A DNA stretch of 64,000 nucleotides from Solirubrobacteraceae bacterium (GTDB taxonomy: Bacteria > Actinomycetota > Thermoleophilia > Solirubrobacterales > Solirubrobacteraceae). Both the position numbers and the translations under genes were made by a program. This document shows positions 10,408 through 20,400 of this stretch, piece after piece (position 1 is the stretch's first letter; every line of letters starts with the position of its first letter). The stretch covers positions 27,340-91,339 of the forward strand of contig JBPPNC010000105.1 of the NCBI GenBank assembly GCA_051306365.1, read 5' to 3'. Under the pieces are notes generated by a model. It worked only from the letters and a program-made list of their open reading frames with translations, was not told the origin of the DNA and ran no database searches.

Positions 10408-11794
10408 GGTGGAACGCGTTCTCGGCGATCTCGTGAAGCGTGTCGAGCATGTACTCGATGTGCTGGTCCTTCAGCGCGGGGTAGACACCGAGCCAGAAGA
10501 CGTTCTCCATCACGAAGTCCGAGTTGCGGAGGTCGCCCACGACGCGATGCTCGATCCCGGCGTACGCCGGCTGACGTAGCAGATTGCCCGCGAACAGGAG
10601 TCGCGTGTGCACCTTGCGGTCGTTGAGGACCCGCACGATCTCGTTGCGGCTGATCGGCGCGCCTTCGCGCACCGCGATGGGAAAGCCGAACCACGAGGGG
10701 TCGCTGTGCTCGGTCGCCTCAGGCAGGATGAACAGCTCGTCAAGGTCGGCGAGGCCCTGCTTGAGCTTCGCGAAGTTCGCCTTGCGTGCTGCGACGAAGT
10801 CGTCGAGCTTGTCCAGCTGGGCGACGCCGACCGCGGCCTGCATGTCGGTGACCTTGAGGTTGAAGCCGATGTGCGAGTACGTGTACTTGTGGTCGTAGCC
10901 CTGTGGCAGCGAGCCGAACTGCTGGTCGAACCGCTTGCCGCACGTGTCCTCCTTGCCGGGCTCGCACCAGCAGTCGCGGCCCCAGTCGCGGAAGGACTCG
11001 GCGATGACCTTCATGCGCCCGCTGTTGCAGAGCACCGCCCCGCCTTCGCCCATCGTGATGTGGTGGGCGGGGAAGAAGCTCACGGTGGCGAATTCGCCGA
11101 ACGACCCGACGTGCCGACCGTCGTAGGTGCTGCCGAGCGCGTCGCAGCAGTCCTCGACGAGCCACAGGTCGTGCTCGTCGCAGAAGGCGCGGATGGTCCG
11201 CAGGTCGAACGTGTTGCCCAGCGTGTGGGCGAGCATGACCGCCTTCGTCTTCTTGCTGAGCGCGTCCTCGAGGTGGGTGACGTCGATGTTGTACGTCGGG
11301 ATGTCGACGTCGAGGAAGACGGGGACGGCCCCTTGCTGGATCAGGGGATTGACCGTCGTCGGGAAGCCGGTGGCAACGGTGATGAACTCGTCGCCCGGTT
11401 TCACGCGGCGCTCACCGAGCTGCGGTGAGGTCAGCGCCGACCCGGCGACGAGGTTCGCCGACGACCCGCTGTTGACCAGGATCGTGTGACGGACCCCGAA
11501 GACCTCGCGGCCGAACCGCCGCTCGAAGGTGTGGGCGTAGCGGCCGGTCGTCAGCCAGAAGTCGAGCGACGAGTCGACGAGGCTGACGACCTCCTCCTCG
11601 TCGAAGACGCGTCCGGCGACCGGAACCGGCGTCTCTCCGGGCGTGAAGTCGCGGGCCGGGAAGGCTTCGGCGTGGTACTCGCGGGTGAGGCGGAGGATCC
11701 GCTCTCGCAGTTCGTCGGCACGCCGCGGAGCGGGCTGCGCGCCGTTGGTGTCACGTGAAGGCACAGCGGCCGAGTCTAGACCAGCATTCGGCAC
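10367..11794 (-). CDS. rfbH: CDP-6-deoxy-L-threo-D-glycero-4-hexulose-3-dehydrase (E1)
   Basis: DegT-fold protein with E1 hallmarks. [13 protein letters not shown] has His in place of the PLP lysine. Cluster motif C-X1-C-X7-C ([11 protein letters not shown]) lies at nt 10939-10971. Start could be GTG 11794 or GTG 11767. Confidence 0.9.
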   Translation of the reverse strand: MPNAGLDSAAVPSRDTNGAQPAPRRADELRERILRLTREYHAEAFPARDFTPGETPVPVAGRVFDEEEVVSLVDSSLDFWLTTGRYAHTFERRFGREVFGVRHTILVNSGSSANLVAGSALTSPQLGERRVKPGDEFITVATGFPTTVNPLIQQGAVPVFLDVDIPTYNIDVTHLEDALSKKTKAVMLAHTLGNTFDLRTIRAFCDEHDLWLVEDCCDALGSTYDGRHVGSFGEFATVSFFPAHHITMGEGGAVLCNSGRMKVIAESFRDWGRDCWCEPGKEDTCGKRFDQQFGSLPQGYDHKYTYSHIGFNLKVTDMQAAVGVAQLDKLDDFVAARKANFAKLKQGLADLDELFILPEATEHSDPSWFGFPIAVREGAPISRNEIVRVLNDRKVHTRLLFAGNLLRQPAYAGIEHRVVGDLRNSDFVMENVFWLGVYPALKDQHIEYMLDTLHEIAENAFHRGGTRPADASGRG

Positions 11795-11841
11795 CGGCGT
11801 GTCCCCGTGAGCCGGACGGGCCCTGCACTAAGGTCACGCCG

Positions 11842-13893
11842 ATGCCGTTGATCAAACGACGCCTGCCGCTTGAACTGCTGGCGGTGGTCGGCCTCCAGGT
11901 CCTCCTGTTGTGGCCGCTCCTGACGACGCCCTACATGGGCGACGACGGGTTGAACGCATCGTTCTCCGGGGGAATGGCGACGACGCACCAGTCGTTCACG
12001 GAGTTGACGTGGAACGTCGCCGAGGGGTGGATCGTCCAGCAGGGACGGTGGTTCCCGGCGAGCTTCTACCTGGGCTACGGGCAGTTTGCCCTCGTGCACT
12101 CCATGGTCGGCTACAAGCTGCTGCTGCTGCTGTGGGTCGTGCTGTCGACGGTGTGCGTGATGGCCCTCGTGCGCAGGCTCGGCGGCGGTCCGGCGGTGGC
12201 GGCCCTGGTGGCGATCGGCGCGACGCTCACCGTGCAGTTCCGCTTCTACAACGACCCGGTCATCTCCTATACGGGCCTCATGCAGAGCGTGCTGGCGATG
12301 ATGGCGCTGTCCGCCCTGCTCTTCGATGTCTGGCTTCGTGATCGAAGGTGGTGGGCGCTCGTCCTCAGCCTTGTCCTGATCGTGCTCGCCGCCTCGACGT
12401 ACGAGTCTGCGCCGCTGCTCTGCGGCATGCATCTCGTCGTCGCGATCGCCGAGCGGCACAACCTTCGACGGGGGATGCTCGCGTCGCTGCCGGCGCTGGC
12501 CACCGGCGCGGCGATGCTCGTGCTGTCGCTGGTACTGCGCGCTCGAGCGACTGCACCGAGCCCGGCCTATGAGGCGAACGCCGATCTCAGCGTATTCATC
12601 CCGGCGTTCGGCAAGCAGCTGCTGGGGACGCTCCCGCTGAGTTACGCCGCCTTCAATCCGGGCAGCGTCTTCCTCTTCCGGGGCGACGCCTTCGTGAAGT
12701 CCATGGGACCCGCTTCGATCATCGCCGGCGTGCTCGTGGCGCTGGTGGTCTTCTGGCTCGTGCGGGAGGCGTGGAACTGGTCCTTCACCGCGCCATGGAC
12801 GCCCTGGCTCGCCATGGGGCTCGGCATCGTCCTGATCCTCGCTCCGGCGGCGCCCATCGCGCTGGCACGCCGGTACCAAGCCGAGCTGGTGCCCGGAATC
12901 AGCTACCTCCCCGTGTATCTCCAGGGCTTCGGCCTCGCGCTGGTGGCAGCGGGTCTTCTCGGTCTCCTGCGGCGCTCGCTCCGGCGCACCGGAGCGGTCA
13001 TGGTCGTCGCGTCGGTGGTTCTGGCGCTCGGCGCCGGCAGTGTCGCAGCCGTCACCCATCGGGCCAACACGCTCGTCCGCGATGGGATGCAGCCCACACG
13101 CGACGTGCAGCTGAACCTGCGGCACGCCGTCGAGGCCGGCCTGTTTGCCGACGCGTCCAGCCCCCGGACTCTCGTCACGCTCGACGCCGCTCCCTACTGG
13201 CTGACGCCGGAGTTCGTTGCGACCTATCGGCCGGTCCTCTTCCCTGCGGGGGCTCGGGTCCCGGATCCCGGCGCGATTGATACGAAGGATGCCGCGGGTG
13301 ACTGGTACGTGCAGCCGGGTCAGTTCGAGGCGTGGGCCGGGCCGATCGCCGGCGGTGCGCCGGCCAAGCTGTTTCTCGCCAAGGGGTCCGGTCATACCCG
13401 CGTCGCCCTCCTGGGTGGTGAGCGCCCGGGGGCCCTGGTCCACCCCGATCCCGAGGCCGACCGTATGGTCACGCTGCCCCGTGGCGTGCTCGCGCACGAC
13501 GTGGCCGTCGTGCCAGTGGCGGATGAGTCGGCTCCCACGCTCTATGGGTTCGCCGGTTGCAGCGGCCCGGACCCGGGGAGCCTGAATGTTCCGTGCGGAC
13601 GGCTCGGCGCTGTCGCGGTCGTCAACCCCACCGGTGAGCCGCTTCGCGTCGACGTGCGCGCGACCGTCTCGACCAGTGGCCCGCGTCCCGCCGCAGTTCA
13701 GCTGAGCTGGCCCGATGGCACGCGGTCGCTGCGTGTGGGACTCACCGCCAAGCCGGTCAGCATGTCCCTGAATTTGCCGGCGCGCGGTGCGACGGTCATC
13801 CGTGTGCAGACGAGCGCCCGTCCTGTCCCGGCGACCCTTGATCCGCGGAGGTGGTCCGTCGTCCTCGGCGGTGCGAGCGTGACCGCCGACTGA
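11842..13893 (+). CDS. large polytopic membrane protein (GT-C-like candidate) with an extracytoplasmic C-terminal beta-rich domain
   Basis: ATG 11842 avoids overlapping rfbH. About 12 hydrophobic segments are followed by ~250 soluble residues. The C-terminus is paralogous to ORF 3..524. Confidence 0.65.
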   Translation: MPLIKRRLPLELLAVVGLQVLLLWPLLTTPYMGDDGLNASFSGGMATTHQSFTELTWNVAEGWIVQQGRWFPASFYLGYGQFALVHSMVGYKLLLLLWVVLSTVCVMALVRRLGGGPAVAALVAIGATLTVQFRFYNDPVISYTGLMQSVLAMMALSALLFDVWLRDRRWWALVLSLVLIVLAASTYESAPLLCGMHLVVAIAERHNLRRGMLASLPALATGAAMLVLSLVLRARATAPSPAYEANADLSVFIPAFGKQLLGTLPLSYAAFNPGSVFLFRGDAFVKSMGPASIIAGVLVALVVFWLVREAWNWSFTAPWTPWLAMGLGIVLILAPAAPIALARRYQAELVPGISYLPVYLQGFGLALVAAGLLGLLRRSLRRTGAVMVVASVVLALGAGSVAAVTHRANTLVRDGMQPTRDVQLNLRHAVEAGLFADASSPRTLVTLDAAPYWLTPEFVATYRPVLFPAGARVPDPGAIDTKDAAGDWYVQPGQFEAWAGPIAGGAPAKLFLAKGSGHTRVALLGGERPGALVHPDPEADRMVTLPRGVLAHDVAVVPVADESAPTLYGFAGCSGPDPGSLNVPCGRLGAVAVVNPTGEPLRVDVRATVSTSGPRPAAVQLSWPDGTRSLRVGLTAKPVSMSLNLPARGATVIRVQTSARPVPATLDPRRWSVVLGGASVTAD

Positions 13894-13922
13894 CGGACGC
13901 GCTACCGCGTACAGTGCGCGCC

Positions 13923-16214
13923 ATGAGCGACGGCGGCGGGCTCGACTCCGAGCAGGACAGCCTCCTCCTTCGGCTCCGTGTGGCCGAGTTGGAGCGCGGG
14001 ATCGAGGAGGCGTGGGCGCAGGTCGCGACACAGTCCACGACGCTCGACGACGTGCGCCGGACGCTCCGGTGGCGGTCGGGCGAACTGCTGCGCCGCGCCC
14101 GCCGCGCCGTGCGCGAGGACGTGTGTACGGCGAGGCAGGCTGATGTCCCGCGGATCCCACTGGCGGGTCTCCACGCGCAGGCGTCCGGAGGCTCGGGGCC
14201 GCGCTGGCGCGACGAGGTCGTCGTCGACGGCGTGGCACTCCCCGGACTGCTCGCTGATCCGCCGCAAGAACTCAGCTGGCGCGTCATCCCGTCGCCCGGG
14301 TTCCTGCTTCGGACGTTCTGCGCACTGCGCCCGGCGGGCTGGATGCGCAACGCGGGGGGCGTCCGCTTCACCGCCTCGGTGTTCGGCGCCGAGGGCGAGC
14401 CGGTCCGTGCAGTGTCCCGGGTCGTGGACCCGGCTGCTCGGCACGAGGACCGCGTCTGGCGTCTGCTCGAGCTCGACCTCAACGGGCTCGCCGCCACCGA
14501 GCACCGCCTCGTCCTGCGCACCGACCTACCCGACGGCACGAACGGAGTGTACGCCTGGGCCGTCTGGGGCGACCCCGTGCTGCTTGACCGCCCTGCCAGC
14601 CCGCCGCCGTCGCTTCCGGCCGCGCTGGCCGACGAGGCCCGCGGCGTCCTCGAGCGGCGGTTCGGCCCCGCTGCGCCTTCGCCCGGTCGGCCCGTCGACC
14701 ACCCGGTCATCTCCCTGCTGGTGCCCGTGCACGACCCCGCCCCGGCGCTGCTCGACGCGCTGCTCGACAGCGTGCGCGCGCAGAGTTCGCCCCACTGGCA
14801 GTTGTGCCTCTGCGACGACGGTTCGCGCGACCCCGAAGTCCGCCGCCGGCTGGGTGACGCCGAGGCGTCCGACGAGCGCATCGCGCTCACCCGTCACGAC
14901 GACGCGCAGAGCATCTCCGCGGCCACGAATGCCGCCTTCTCGCTCGCCATCGGCGCCTACGTCGCGCCGCTCGACCATGACGACGTCCTGCACCCCGACG
15001 CGATCGCCGACGTGGGCGCGGTCGTCGCACGAGATCCCGCCGTCGACATGGTCTACACCGACAACGACAAGGCCGTCCCGGACGGTCGGCGCTTCGCGCC
15101 CGCGCTCAAGCCCGACTGGGCGCCGGAGCAGCTGCGGGCGCTCATGTACACACTGCACCTCGGGGTGTACCGCCGCGCGCTCGTCGAGGAGCTCGGTGGC
15201 TGGCGTCCGGCATTTGACGGCGCGCAGGACCATGATCTCGTCCTGCGCATCGCCGAGCGGACGAGCCGGGTCGCCCACGTACCGCGGGTGCGCTACAGCT
15301 GGCGTGTGCACGAGGGTTCGGCGTCGCTGTCCGAGGAGGCAAAGCCCGAAGCCTACGATCGCGGGTGCCGCGCGGTGGCCGAGCATCTCCAGCGAACTGG
15401 CGTCGCCGCCCGCGCCGAGCGTCTGGCGCAGGCAGGGCGCTACCGGGTGGTGCACGAGCCCGTGCCGGCCGGCGCAGTGGACGTCATCCTGCCGGTCTCC
15501 CTCGAGGCCGATCCCGCACACGTCGCAGACGCCGTGCGCGGGCTGGGCACCGTCACGGTCGTCGGCGCACACCAGGATGCCGCTCGCGCGGCAGGCGCCG
15601 CGGTGGTCGGCTGCGATGACCACCGGTGGGGCGCGCTCGCGCGAGCGGGGATCGCGGCGACCTCAACGGCGTTCGTGATCCTGCTCGAGGAGCTCTGCAT
15701 CCCCGAGACACCCGACTGGCGCGACGAGCTGTGCGGGCTGGCGGGCGAGCCGGCAGTCGCTGCGGCGGGCGCGCTCGTCGTGGACGGCGACGACATGACG
15801 GTGCACGCCGGGATCGCGCTGCCGCGCGGCGTGCCGCTGCCCGTCCACCCGGGCGCGCCGACCCACGGCGACGAGGTTCCCGACGAGCTGACCTTCGTCA
15901 CGAACCGCTCGGCGGTGTCGGGCGCCGTGGCCTTCCGCCGTGAACGCGTCGCAGGAGACGCCGGCCCCGACCCGCGTGCCGACCGGCATGCGCTGGCGGC
16001 CCTGACCCTCGCGCTCACCGCGCGCGCCGGTAGGGTCGTCTGCACCCCGCATGCGCGGCTGCGCATCATCGGGCCGTCGCGGGGCACCGTGGCCGCCCTC
16101 GCCGAGCTCCACGCCGTCGCCGATCACCGTGCAGGCCGGCCCGATCCCTACTACAACCCCCAGCTCTGGGGCGACCGCGCCGCCCACGTCGCGCCCGCGG
16201 CGCTGACCCGCTGA
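13923..16214 (+). CDS. multidomain family-2 glycosyltransferase with N-terminal coiled-coil
   Basis: ATG 13923. N-terminal heptad-like LLLRLRVAELERGIEEAW, then a GT-A core ISLLVPVHDPAPALLDALLDSV...LCLCDDGS...DHDD and a second degenerate GT-like half. Confidence 0.75.
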   Translation: MSDGGGLDSEQDSLLLRLRVAELERGIEEAWAQVATQSTTLDDVRRTLRWRSGELLRRARRAVREDVCTARQADVPRIPLAGLHAQASGGSGPRWRDEVVVDGVALPGLLADPPQELSWRVIPSPGFLLRTFCALRPAGWMRNAGGVRFTASVFGAEGEPVRAVSRVVDPAARHEDRVWRLLELDLNGLAATEHRLVLRTDLPDGTNGVYAWAVWGDPVLLDRPASPPPSLPAALADEARGVLERRFGPAAPSPGRPVDHPVISLLVPVHDPAPALLDALLDSVRAQSSPHWQLCLCDDGSRDPEVRRRLGDAEASDERIALTRHDDAQSISAATNAAFSLAIGAYVAPLDHDDVLHPDAIADVGAVVARDPAVDMVYTDNDKAVPDGRRFAPALKPDWAPEQLRALMYTLHLGVYRRALVEELGGWRPAFDGAQDHDLVLRIAERTSRVAHVPRVRYSWRVHEGSASLSEEAKPEAYDRGCRAVAEHLQRTGVAARAERLAQAGRYRVVHEPVPAGAVDVILPVSLEADPAHVADAVRGLGTVTVVGAHQDAARAAGAAVVGCDDHRWGALARAGIAATSTAFVILLEELCIPETPDWRDELCGLAGEPAVAAAGALVVDGDDMTVHAGIALPRGVPLPVHPGAPTHGDEVPDELTFVTNRSAVSGAVAFRRERVAGDAGPDPRADRHALAALTLALTARAGRVVCTPHARLRIIGPSRGTVAALAELHAVADHRAGRPDPYYNPQLWGDRAAHVAPAALTR

Positions 16215-16216
16215 CC

Positions 16217-17407
16217 GTGCCGCTGCTGCCACAGCCGCAGACGCCGCGAGTCGGCGGCGTCAACGTCGTCGGCCCGCTGCGCGCCGAGTCCGGGGTCGGA
16301 GAGGCGGCGCGCGCGGTCGTCGCCGCGCTCGACGCCGCCCGGGTTCCCGTGCTGCCGGTCCATCCGCCGGAGGCGTCGCCGTCGCGTCAGCACGTGCCGT
16401 TTCGCACCGTCGCGCCCGAGCATGCCGCGTTCCCGATCACGGTCCTGTGCCTCACCGCGCTGGAGACCCCGGGGTTCGGCGGTGCCGTCGGGCCGCAGTT
16501 CTTCCGCGGTCGCCACACGATCGGGCTGTGGTGGTGGGAGGTCGAGACCTTCCCGGAGATCATGCACGGCGGCTTTGACTGGGTCGACGAGGTGTGGGCC
16601 GGCTCGGACCACGTCGCGGACGCGATCGCACCGGCGGCGACACCGCACGACGTGGGGGTCACCCGTATTCGGGTCCCCGTGCGCCGTGCGGCGCCGACCC
16701 GGCGCACGAGGGCTGATCTCGGCCTGCCCGAGGGCTTCGTCTTCCTCTCCGTGTTCGGGTACTACTCGAGCGTGGTGCGCAAGAACCCGCATGGCGCCAT
16801 CGAGGCGTTCGTCCGCGCGTTCGCTCCCGGCGAGGGGCCGTCGCTCGTGATCAAGTGCATCGACCATGAGGCGCATCCCGACGAGCACGCCGCGCTCGTG
16901 GCGGCTGCCGACCGGCACCCGGACGTACACGTCCAGGCCGGCTACGCCGAACGCGCCGAGATGGACGCGCTCGTCCAGCGCAGTGACGCCGTGGTCTCGC
17001 TGCATCGTGCGGAGGGGTTCGGGTTCACGCCGGCGGAGGCGATGGCCCAGGGCCGCCCCGTCATCGCGACGAGATACTCGGGGAACCTGGAGTACATGAC
17101 CGATGACAACAGCCTGCTGGTCGGCGCTCGTCTGGTCCCCATTGGACCCGGCGGCGCGCCCTACCCGTCTTGTGCGCGGTGGGCGGATCCGGACCTCGAT
17201 GAGGCCGCGGCGGCGATGCGCCGGCTCGTCGCCGACCCGGCCCTCGGGCGGCGGATCGGGGAGCGCGCGCGGGCGGATCTCATGCGGACGCATGGCGTCG
17301 AGGCCGGCGGGGCGAGCATGCGCGCGGCCCTCGCGCCCTACGCCGACCATCACCGCTGGACCCGTGCGCGGCTCGCAGCGGCCCGCGTGGCACGCGGACG
17401 GTCGTAG
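16217..17407 (+). CDS. GT4-type (GT-B fold) glycosyltransferase
   Basis: EGFGFTPAEAMAQGRPVIATRYSGNLEYM is the typical E-X7-E region. GTG start lies 2 nt after the upstream stop. Confidence 0.8.
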   Translation: MPLLPQPQTPRVGGVNVVGPLRAESGVGEAARAVVAALDAARVPVLPVHPPEASPSRQHVPFRTVAPEHAAFPITVLCLTALETPGFGGAVGPQFFRGRHTIGLWWWEVETFPEIMHGGFDWVDEVWAGSDHVADAIAPAATPHDVGVTRIRVPVRRAAPTRRTRADLGLPEGFVFLSVFGYYSSVVRKNPHGAIEAFVRAFAPGEGPSLVIKCIDHEAHPDEHAALVAAADRHPDVHVQAGYAERAEMDALVQRSDAVVSLHRAEGFGFTPAEAMAQGRPVIATRYSGNLEYMTDDNSLLVGARLVPIGPGGAPYPSCARWADPDLDEAAAAMRRLVADPALGRRIGERARADLMRTHGVEAGGASMRAALAPYADHHRWTRARLAAARVARGRS

Positions 17408-17437
17408 CGGCCGGGGCCTGAGTACGATCGATGGCTC

Positions 17438-20400
17438 ATGTCCGCCCCGTCGCAGCCGCCGCTGACGGTTATCACCGTCGCGCTCGGCCCCGAGCTGCCG
17501 TTTGCCCGGGTGCTCGCCGAGAGCGTGCGTGAGCATCATCCGGAGGCCCGGATGATGGTCGTGTGCGCCGACGGTCCGGCGGTCGAGGGGTTTCCGGCCG
17601 GCGTGGAGGTGCTCGGCGCAGCCGACCTCGGGCGCGTGGCGCCATCCGCTGACGCGGCTCTGCTCGCTCCGGAGCGCGCCGGCCTGGCCGTGCTGCTGCC
17701 GGCGCTCGAGCGTGCGCTGGCCGGCCCGGGCATCGTGGTGGTTCTGGCGCCGGACACGGTGCTGTTCGGGCGGGTGGACGACCTGCTCGGCGGGGCGGCG
17801 CCAATCAGCGTGCTCGGCCGCGACGTGCCTGCGCCGCCCGATGACGGGTTGCACCCGAGCGTCACGGACCTCGAGCACGTCGAGCCGACCGACCTCGGGT
17901 TCCTCATCTTCCGTGCGGGCGATGTCACGCGCGAGCTCGTCGCCGGCTGGCGCCGCCGGCTGGATGCCTCGCCGTGGACGCTGCCAGAGGGTGGTGCGAC
18001 ATCCGAACTGCTCGATGAACTGGACGACGAGGTCCTCGCCGTCCTGAACATGCCACCGAGCGTCGTCGCGTGGTGGACGCTCTCGACGCGTGGGCTCGGC
18101 CGGGACGCCGACGGGCACCTCACGGCTGATGGGGCCCGGGTCGCGGTGCTTCGGCTTCCCGAGTTCGACGTCGCCCTGTCCACGCGTCTGCATCCGCTGC
18201 TCAGCCGCGTACGGGTCACCGCGGACCCGGTGTTCCGCGAGCTGCTCGAGGACGTCACGGGGCGCCTGCGCGCTTCGGGCGCCGGCGGCGGCCGGCTCGC
18301 GCAGATCAGGATGCCCGACGGGCGCCCGCTCCCGCCCGCGATGGCGGGGCTCATGGCCGAGGCGCTTGCCACGGGAATGCTCGAGGCGCCGCCGAGCGAG
18401 CCAGCCGGCTGGGAGCGGTTCTACGCCTTCCTCAACGCACCCGCGGACTGGGGCCGCGATCTGGGCATGACCCGGTACCTCGACGCGCTGTGGCAGTCCC
18501 GTGACGACCTGCGCGACGTGTACCCGGACGTGCGCGGTGGAGACGGCGCCGGTTACGTGGGGTGGGTCTGGGTGCACGGGCGTGATCTCGTGCCCGACGA
18601 GCTGCTGCCGCCGCGCCCGCCGCACATCCCCGAAGACGCACGCAGCGCGGGCCGCTGGGACCACGGGGACAGCCCGCAGACGACGGACCCCCTCTGGGGT
18701 GTCAACGTCGCCGGCTTCTTCCGGTCCGAGCTCGGGCTCGGCGAGGCGGCCCGCCTGCTCATCGCCGGACTGGACGCCGCGCGCGTGCCCGCCCTGCCTG
18801 TGCAGGGGTCGTTCGTCCCTCCGTGTCGCCAGGGCGCGGAGTTCACGTTCGCCACGCCCGACGAGGCGCCGTACCCGCTGAACATCCTGTGCCTGAACGG
18901 TGACGCCATCCCGGCATTCGCGCGGGAAACCGGCGACGCCTTCTTCGCCGGGCGCCGGACGATCGCGCTGTGGTGGTGGGAGGTCGGCGAGCTCCCGTCC
19001 TCGTGGCAGGAGTCGTTTCGGTGGGTCGACGAGGTGTGGGTCGCCACAGACCACATCCGCGACCTCATCGCGCCGGACTGCCCGGTTCCCGTCACGAAGA
19101 TCACGCTGCCCGTCGGCGAGCCGCCCGTCGCCAACGTCACACGCTCGCACGTCGGGCTGCCCGAGGACGAGTTCGTCTTCCTCTACGTCTACGACTACCA
19201 CTCGACCGAGGCCCGTAAGAACCCCACTGGGCTCATCCGCGCGTTCAAGGACGCGTTCCCGCCGGGCAGCGGCGCGCACCTCGTCCTGAAGTGCATCAAC
19301 GCGGACACGATGTTCGCCCACCACGATCGGGTGCTCTTGGAGATCGGCGACCACCCGGACATCTCGTTCGTCGACAAGTACCTCTCGGTGGGCGAGAAGA
19401 ACGCGCTCATCGCGCTGAGCGACTGCTATGTGTCCCCGCACCGCTCTGAGGGGTTCGGCCTGAGCCCGGCCGAGGCGATGCTGCTCGGTACGCCGGTCAT
19501 CGCCACGAACTACGGCGGCGTCCTGGAGTTTCTCAACGAGGACAACGCCTACCTCGTCGACTACGAGCTCGTGTCCGTGGGTGAGCACGCCGAGCCGTAT
19601 CCGGCCGACGCCGTCTGGGCCGATCCCGATCTCGGTCAGCTCGCCGCGCTCATGCGCCACGTGTTCGAGCACCCGGAAGAGGCGCGGGAGCGGGCGGCGC
19701 GGGCCCGCGAGGAGATCCGTGCCGGCCACACGCCCGTCGCTGCGGGACATTCGATGGAGCCCATCCTGCAGGCCCACTATCAGGACCTCATCGCGCAGGG
19801 CGCGCGCGGGCTGAAGGTGGCGAACGTCGCACCGGCGCAGCTCGACACGCCCGGAGTCGAACTGGCGTCGGTCCTGCGCGGCCTCGGGCAGCGCGGCGGC
19901 GCCGCCGAGAAGGCGAAGTGGGCGGCGCAGCGGCTCAAGCGGCCGTTCACCGCCCGGCGCGACCTCGTCTCCGCCCAGCTGCTGGACCGTATCCGCGAAC
20001 TCGACGGCCGCGTCCTCGACCTCACCGGCGAGCTCGAGCGCCACCGGCTGGCCGCCCACGCCGAGGTCCTCGCGCAGTTCCGCCGCACCCAGGCGCAGTT
20101 CGCCGACGCGGCCACGCACGAGCAGCGGCGCGCGGTCGGCGCGTCTGCGCTGCAGGCCAAGGTCGACGAGCACACCGAACTGCTCGATCGCCACCTTTCG
20201 TACGGCCCGACCCTGCCCGAGCGGTTCCCGGCCGCGGGGCGTCCGTTCAGCCCGGGGTACGGCGCCCGCCATCACGCGTTCCTCGGGGAGATGCTCGGTC
20301 GCGAGGACCTCGTCCGCCGGTTCGCCCGCCTCGCACCTCTCCCCGAGGGGTACGGCGTCGCGCTCGACGAGCGCGTCGTCGAGTTCCTGTGGCTGCTCGC

